Shown here: positions 57,190 to 64,000 of the stretch, one piece after another | How positions within the stretch are numbered: position 1 is the first letter of the stretch | Layout: every line of letters begins with the position of its first letter | Assembly: GCA_951406725.2 (NCBI GenBank) | Contig: OX597837.1 | Location: 14,446,001-14,510,000, forward strand | Source: Octopus vulgaris | Taxonomy: Eukaryota | DNA length: 64,000 nt | Reading direction: 5' to 3' | The notes under the pieces: generated by a model | Told to the model about the DNA's origin: nothing | The model's database searches: none | What the model saw: only the letters and a program-made list of their open reading frames with translations | Translations under genes and position numbers: made by a program

Positions 57190-57365
57190 GCGTGGATATT
57201 TGAATAACAATCAATCCTGCGGGATTCTTCACAGTTTCCACCTCTGCACTTGCCCACCTGAACTGAGTTTTTTCGAAGCAATATATCACCTAAGATACCA
57301 CACAGTGGAATTGAACCCATGACACTCTAGTTGCACAGCGAACTGCTTAACCATTCCGCCATGCA
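57190..57365 (-). mobile_element. SINE family A head, decayed
   Basis: Plus strand ggattcttcacagtttccacct...acacagtggaattgaaccc...ctgcttaacca. Confidence 0.6.
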
Positions 57366-58319
57366 GTATCTATCAAACTGTGCATTCATCTGTTTATCCA
57401 CCCGCCCACCCGTTCATCCAGCCAACCAGCCAGCCAGCTATACATACATACATACATACATACATACATACATTCATTCATACATATAAACATACATATA
57501 CACATACATACATACGTACGTACATACATACATCCATACATATATATATACATACATACACACATACACGCATACGTATATACATCCATGCATACGTGCA
57601 TACATACATCCATACCATCATACATATGTACAATTTTAGCAGGACAGGCGACATAAAGGTTCTCTCATTGATTCCTATATCCTGTTTTTTGTTGTTGTTG
57701 TTGTTGCTGTTGTGGCTCAGGTCGGTTCCATTCCTGGAGACTTATAAACATCAGAGTCCCAGTTGAGATTATCTGGTATTTTCTGTCATTGGCCTTTATC
57801 TCCTCCTGTAATTAAGACAGTAAGACATAATTCGAGAGCAATTTGACAACTTTATCTAGAAAGCAAAAATGGCTGCATAAAGAGGTTGTTATCCCCCCCT
57901 CCACCATCACTACCACCACTTCCACCATCACCCGACTCGCTCCTATATTTCTAAGAAAAAGAACATTATGATCGACCTTTTTTTAGAGCAACGTGGCTCA
58001 TTCCGTGTTCAACAGTTGACTGGTTCTTTATTTATTGACCACCACCCATGACCACCACCACCACTACCACTTGCCTCCGAAGAATGAATAGTACACTTGA
58101 CCTCGATGGCATCTGAACTCTGCCGATAGAGAGCCGGACCAAATTCCTCGAATGTTCAATCCGGTGCTCCAACAAATACATCAATGGTCAAAAAAAGTAA
58201 ATCCGTTTCAAGTCCTGAGCTGCAATTGGACCGGTCACCAAGTTTCCATGACAAATATAAATGGCAGACATCTGACCATCTCCACTGAACGGGACGCCAG
58301 GCTGTCGCAGAGTGAATCG

Positions 58320-58690
58320 TTTACAGCTGAGTGAACTGGGGCAACGTGAAACGAAGTTTTTAGCTTGAGAAGAAAGTGCACTGCGCCGTCCAGAAACCGA
58401 AACCATGAACACGCGATAACTATTTCTTTACTACCCACTAGGGGCTAAACACAGAGGGGACAAACAAGGACAGACAAACGGATTAAGTCGATGACATCGA
58501 CCCCAGTGCATAACTGGTACTTAATTTATCGACCTCGAATGGATGAAAGGCAAAGTCGACTTTGAACTCAGAACGTAACGGCAGACGAATTACGGCTACG
58601 CATTTCGCCCGGCGTGCTAACGTTTCTGCCAGATCGCCGCCTTGAACACGCGATAACGTCGTCCAAACCACTTAGGTCACACGCCTTCAT
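58320..58690 (-). mobile_element. SINE family C copy interrupted by a nested family B SINE
   Basis: Plus strand cagctgagtgaactggggcaacgtgaaacgaag is the reverse complement of the family C body; the head continues after 58657. Confidence 0.65.
58421..58642 (-). mobile_element. SINE family B with LINE-like 3' tail, full length, perfect 15-bp TSD
   Basis: TSD tgaacacgcgataac at 58406-58420 and 58643-58657; the 3' end ...ctgtgtttagcccctagtgggtagtaaagaaata closely matches the copy at 133-360. Confidence 0.92.
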
Positions 58691-59511
58691 TAGTAATTGA
58701 CCTGTACTTTATTTATAGGCCTCAGAAGCACAAAAGGCAAAATCTACCCCGATGGTTATTTGAACTCCGACAGCTGAGAAACGGAACAAATACCACAAGA
58801 TATTTCACCCGATAAATCTAATCCAACAACTCTACCAATTCGCGCTGCCTCTATATCTCTCTTCGTTAATCCCATGGACATGTCGACTTTCGAAAACTTT
58901 CAGACCGGTTAGGAGGCAAACGAATATTTGAAGATATTCTATCCTGTGGTCGAGCGAACCTTTGCTTGCGAAAATATCTAATCTGACATAAATTTTATTT
59001 TATAATCAAAAATTAAAACCGTTTCGTTTTATTCTCAGCCATTAATATTTCGTGGTGAGACCATTAACAACTAAAATATATACAAATGGGTGAAAAAGAG
59101 AAAAGCAATTATATCATCGACGAAAAGTAATTGACTTCGTTGACGAAAACGGGAGATAACTCTATACTTGTTTTAACCTGTATTTTAAAAGCTTCTCAGC
59201 GAATTATCGAATGACCCGCTCAGCGGATTGTTAACTTAGTGAACAGTATATACCTCACAACTGTTCGTGTTGAGTGATGGGAACGGTGCAGGGTTAGGTC
59301 TTTTTTTGGATACCAAGTCTATCATAGTCATTTGAAAATATTAGATAATATATGTCTATCTATCTATCTATGTCTGTATTATGTATGTATATTACATAAG
59401 AATATACGTATGATCGTGTAAGAAAAAAAAATATATATACGTACGTGCATATAATGCATATATAGGTAAAAATGCCATGCATATACATACGTATATGTAT
59501 CTCTCTTTCTT

Positions 59512-59613
<102 letters not shown>

Positions 59614-59639
59614 ATATGCATATATGTGTATATTATCTT

Positions 59640-59779
59640 TTATCATTTATCTCTTATGTTTTTACATCTTCCAGTTATTGGACTGCGGCCATCCTGGAGC
59701 ACCTCCCTAAAGCCTTTAGTTGAACAAATCGACACCTAAGTACTTTCTTTTGCCGAACCGCTATGTTGGGGCAGGGCAG

Positions 59780-59790
<11 letters not shown>
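59640..59790 (-). mobile_element. SINE family A 3' fragment
   Basis: Plus strand gactgcggccatcctggagcacc...gaacaaatcgac...ttttgccgaaccgcta. Confidence 0.75.
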
Positions 59791-59825
<35 letters not shown>

Positions 59826-59850
59826 TATAATTATACACGTAAGATATATA

Positions 59851-60086
59851 CAGTATAATCTCGACTATCGCGGGCGTTACGCCACTCCATCCCCGCGATA
59901 GCTGAAAATCCGTGAAGTAGAAACAGTACTATATTGTACATTTTTTACTATTATTTTTATAATTTCTATATATTTATTTTATTATAAATGCAAAACAACA
60001 CCACAGAGGAATCGACGTAAGCTTAAATAATAAACCGCGATATGTGAACCGCGATAGGTGAACCGCGATATGGCGAGGGGTTACTG
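59851..60086. mobile_element. Tigger/pogo-like MITE with TA TSD
   Basis: TA|cagtataatctcgactatcgcgg ... ccgcgatatggcgaggggttactg|TA; imperfect TIRs starting CAGT and three tandem aaccgcgata subterminal repeats. Confidence 0.8.
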
Positions 60087-60436
60087 TATCATTAAATTAG
60101 CAGAAAGACCACCCTTCGACCGTTTTTCTGTCACTAAATGATATTCATCCTTTTGATTCCTTATTTGTGTAATTTTTCTTATATGTTTTGTCTAATTTCC
60201 CTTCGTATTCTTCATTAGTTTAATAATACTGACCCCCTCAATGAATTTAGACCCTAACACTAGAAATGTGTCCCACTGAAGTTTTGTCCTCGTCGATCGA
60301 GTCGTTTACAAGTATGTCAGAACTAAATCTTTCGGGGAGATGAGTTTTGAAGAATTCAAGCGCCCCAGGTTTGTCTCCTCAGAGCTTTAAGAAAAATGGA
60401 TATTTTTTTAATAATTTTTTTTTAAATAACTTTCAG

Positions 60437-60845
60437 AGGCGCAGGAGTGGCTGTGTGGTAAGTATCTTGCTAACCAACCACATGGTTCCGGGTTCAGTCC
60501 CACTGCGTGGCATCTTGGGCAAGTGTCTTCTGCTATAGCCCCGGGCCGACCAATGCCTTGTGAGTGGATTTGGTAGACGGAAACTGAAAGAAGCCCGTCG
60601 TATATATGTGTATAAATGTGTATGTGTGTGTGTTTGTGTGTCTGTGTTTGTCCCCCTAGCATTGCTTGACAAACGATGCTGGTGTGTTTACGTCCCCGTC
60701 ACTTAGCGGTTCGGTAAAAGAGACCGATAGAATAAGTACTGGGCTTACAAAGAATAAGTCCTGGGGTCGATTTGCTCGACTAAAGGCGGTGCTCCAGCAT
60801 GGCCGCAGTCAAATGACTGAAACAAGTAAAAGAGTAAAAGAGTAT
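60437..60845 (+). mobile_element. SINE family A, full length, young
   Basis: aggcgcaggagtggctgtgtggtaag...gggttcagtcccactgcgtggc...ttgggcaagtg...tail gaaacaagtaaaagagtaaaagag. Confidence 0.93.
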
Positions 60846-61023
60846 AGTTTAAACTGCGATTATATAGGGATTTAGAGTAGAAAAAATTTGTGATTTTCCC
60901 CATCGTTTTAATGATGTGACCAGGATTATGTTTAAAAAAATTACTTTTAAGATCCATGTGATCGCTGCTATTTCTAGCATACTAAATGACTACGTGGGGA
61001 CTGAACCATCTTTGAGTTTGTAG

Positions 61024-61058
<35 letters not shown>

Positions 61059-61114
61059 AGACTGCAATGAAATAATGAAAGCAAAATGTATTTAGTAATT
61101 AGTGACAGAACACT

Positions 61115-61430
61115 CCCGAAGTCGACTTTGCTTTTGATCATTCTGGGGTCGATAAAATAAGTACCAGTTTCGCACTGGGGTCGATGTAATCCACTTGCTC
61201 CTTTCCTTACAACTGCTGGCCTTGTGCCAAAATTTGAAATCAATAAGTGGTGGAACGAATTGGCAGAATCGTTGACATACCGGACAAAATGCTTTGCGGT
61301 ATTTCGTCCGTCTTTATGTTCTGAATTCAAATTCCGCTGAGGTCGATTTTGCCTTTTCTTCCGTTCGATAAAATAAGTACCAGTTTCGCACGGGGGTCGA
61401 TGCAATCGACTTAGTCTTTTCTTCCGAAAC
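61115..61430 (+). mobile_element. Two tandem family B SINEs (3' half followed by a 3'-truncated copy)
   Basis: Two 'cgataaaataagtaccagtttcgcac-ggggtcgatg' blocks; head ggcagaatcgttgac near 61262. Confidence 0.85.
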
Positions 61431-61431
61431 T

Positions 61432-61587
<156 letters not shown>

Positions 61588-62852
61588 TGTTTCTTTATTA
61601 GCCACACAGGGCTGCACACAGATAGAACAAATTACAAGGTAGAGCTTTTCTTTTGAAGGTTTAAAAAAAAAAAAAAAAAAAAAAAGGAAGGGGGAGTTTC
61701 GATCAAAAGGGATCGTAAAAGGAGAGAAAGAGGACAAAAAAGGGGCGGTTAAAAAAAAGGGGGGAGAAAAAAATTGATCAATAGGGATCGTTATCACAGA
61801 AATGTCAATATGAAGTGTAAAGGGGAGGACAGGTGAGGTTTACCCGTGGAAAGAAAAGCCTACGGAAAAGACCACGGTAACCTCGGTCAATGAAGTCACA
61901 TTTTATATTTCTTTTTTTTTTTTTTTTTTTTGCAAATAAGCAACTCTCTGTTTTCGATTTCTGGGTTCATAGGACTATGCTCAAGGTGGCTTCGTCATTC
62001 ATACGTGCCATTCTTGCTACATTCACCCATCTTTTTTTAAAACATTCGCTAGACAAAACTTGCCTCTCTACTCTCACTTTCCTTTTCAAGTGGTACTTGA
62101 AGAAGTTGATGAGAGATTGACCAGAGAGGAAAGTGTTTGTCTCCAATCCTTTCAGACGCGTCCACCAGATACATTCCTTCGCCATAGCCACAAGGATGAT
62201 GAAAATAGCTCTTCCTTCCCGTTTGAAGGAAGGAGGCGTGACAATATTGACGATAGACTCAGCTGATAAACCTACTCGTCCCACACGTGACAGCAGTTGT
62301 TCGACATAAGCCCACAGGTCGGAAATTGTTGGACACTGAACGAGTGCGTGCAGAACGGTTTCGTCGCTCTGACCGCATCTCGGGCAGGTCGGCCCCGTGT
62401 TTCTCGAGCCGTGTCTGTAGAGCTTATCCCGAACGGGTAGCGCTTCTCGGTAGCACTGCCAGGCCAGGGATCTCTGGAAGTTGTCCATGGGCCCTGGCCC
62501 GAAAGTCGTCCTGAACAGGCGGGTCAGGTACTCCTCGTCGACGTCCAGGTTCGCCCCGAGCTCGTCGTCGTACCTCCCCTCCACTAAACCCCTATAGAAT
62601 GCTTTGGTTGTGTTGAAGTCACTTAAGGTCGACCCAGGACGGCAGAGTTGCTTGAGAGCAACGCGACACTCGCGGTGCCATTCGCCCTTCCTCGGCCTCT
62701 TTTTGATCCACGACTGCAGTTCGGTCATGGAGACGAGCTGCGGGAAAGCGTGCCTCACAAACGGCGACCACACCTGTTCACCGTCGTCTACATAGAGCCA
62801 GAGGTGCCGCAGTCTCAGCGCGTGTCTGCGCATCATCAACCACGGCATGCCC
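61588..62852 (-). mobile_element. Young 5'-truncated L1/Tx1-like LINE inserted in (GATA)n
   Basis: Uninterrupted ORF2 C-terminus and a ~380-nt 3' UTR ending AATAAAGAAACA with no poly(A); (TATC)n directly abuts both junctions. Confidence 0.92.
61967..62848 (-). CDS. Truncated LINE ORF2 C-terminal region with zf-RVT-like CCHC finger (not a host gene)
   Basis: 293 aa without stops; [16 protein letters not shown]...[18 protein letters not shown]...LW. The first Met is the internal (GGL)GMP motif, since the preceding codon is GGC. Confidence 0.85.
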   Translation of the reverse strand: MPWLMMRRHALRLRHLWLYVDDGEQVWSPFVRHAFPQLVSMTELQSWIKKRPRKGEWHRECRVALKQLCRPGSTLSDFNTTKAFYRGLVEGRYDDELGANLDVDEEYLTRLFRTTFGPGPMDNFQRSLAWQCYREALPVRDKLYRHGSRNTGPTCPRCGQSDETVLHALVQCPTISDLWAYVEQLLSRVGRVGLSAESIVNIVTPPSFKREGRAIFIILVAMAKECIWWTRLKGLETNTFLSGQSLINFFKYHLKRKVRVERQVLSSECFKKRWVNVARMARMNDEATLSIVL

Positions 62853-63415
<563 letters not shown>

Positions 63416-64000
63416 TGACCATACATATCTTCTTTATACATGCATTTCAGACTTGTTCATTCAAAGAACGATGACCATGGTATCATATGATGTCCTGACT
63501 TGAGCGTGATTTGCTTGAAAGTATGATAAGTTTGAACGATGTTAGCTTTATTTATCTGTCCATGCCTGCGTTGTTCCAAAATCAAGACGAGATCAAGACG
63601 ACTGGAGGTACATCTGGAAGCAGCGGAGGAACAGATGTTCAACCATATCTCGTCTTTATCTGAGAAGTCTACAACGTATTCTGAAACGGGGTTTCGACCT
63701 TTGGATCCACTGGTAGTTTTTTCCACTCAACCCACTGGATTTAGTCAACTCCTGCTTCTTTAGACCGTAATGAGACGTGTGGGCGCGGCTGGCTGTTTGG
63801 ATGTTGGCGATTTGGCACGGCTGACTGGAGATTTAACCTATTTTGATGACAGTACTTGTTATCAAGTACCTGTGTACATTTTGGAACTGGAGGCCAAAAT
63901 GGACACACATACGCGTGTACTCGCAGAAATATACATATACAGATAGAGTTAGAGAGAGAGAGGGAGGAGAGAGAGAAAGAGAGAGAGAGAAAGATTACAA

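Noticed and set aside
60233-60275. Another hammerhead-like remnant
   Set aside because: Core and stems are too degenerate to support.
60437-60510. tRNA genes
   Set aside because: The A/B-box-like segments are SINE heads continuous with SINE bodies, and I could not fold a proper cloverleaf.
63457-63850. LINE endonuclease remnant (SRLDLVLI on minus; GD[F]N-like on plus) or host exon
   Set aside because: The candidate motifs lie on opposite strands and are too short; a translated search is needed.

Overview
Repeat-saturated metazoan non-coding DNA (a large intron or intergenic region), most likely from an octopus or related coleoid cephalopod. That assignment is an inference from my recollection of these SINE families and the extreme (TA)n/(CA)n/(CATA)n/(GATA)n density. 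I found no host protein-coding exon, rRNA, tRNA gene or CRISPR array that I can support, and most listed ORFs are microsatellite read-throughs. Recognisable content: three tRNA-derived SINE families plus a fourth dispersed repeat; three related copies of an L1/Tx1-like LINE (one young, two decayed); two decayed mariner transposases; a Tigger/pogo-like MITE; Penelope-type hammerhead-like motifs; an 11-copy ~98-bp tandem array; a perfect 24-bp inverted repeat; and several motif-dense unique islands that may be cis-regulatory. Most notable: (1) the young Tx1-like LINE has no poly(A) and sits inside a (GATA)n array on both sides, suggesting a microsatellite-targeting retrotransposon. (2) Its terminal 44 nt match the 3' terminus of a TSD-flanked Nin-type SINE copy at 37/44 positions, with a second copy carrying a similar end, while other copies of that SINE carry a different tail. 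This is a candidate LINE-SINE partnership created by tail swapping. Boundaries of decayed elements are approximate, and no database searches were run.
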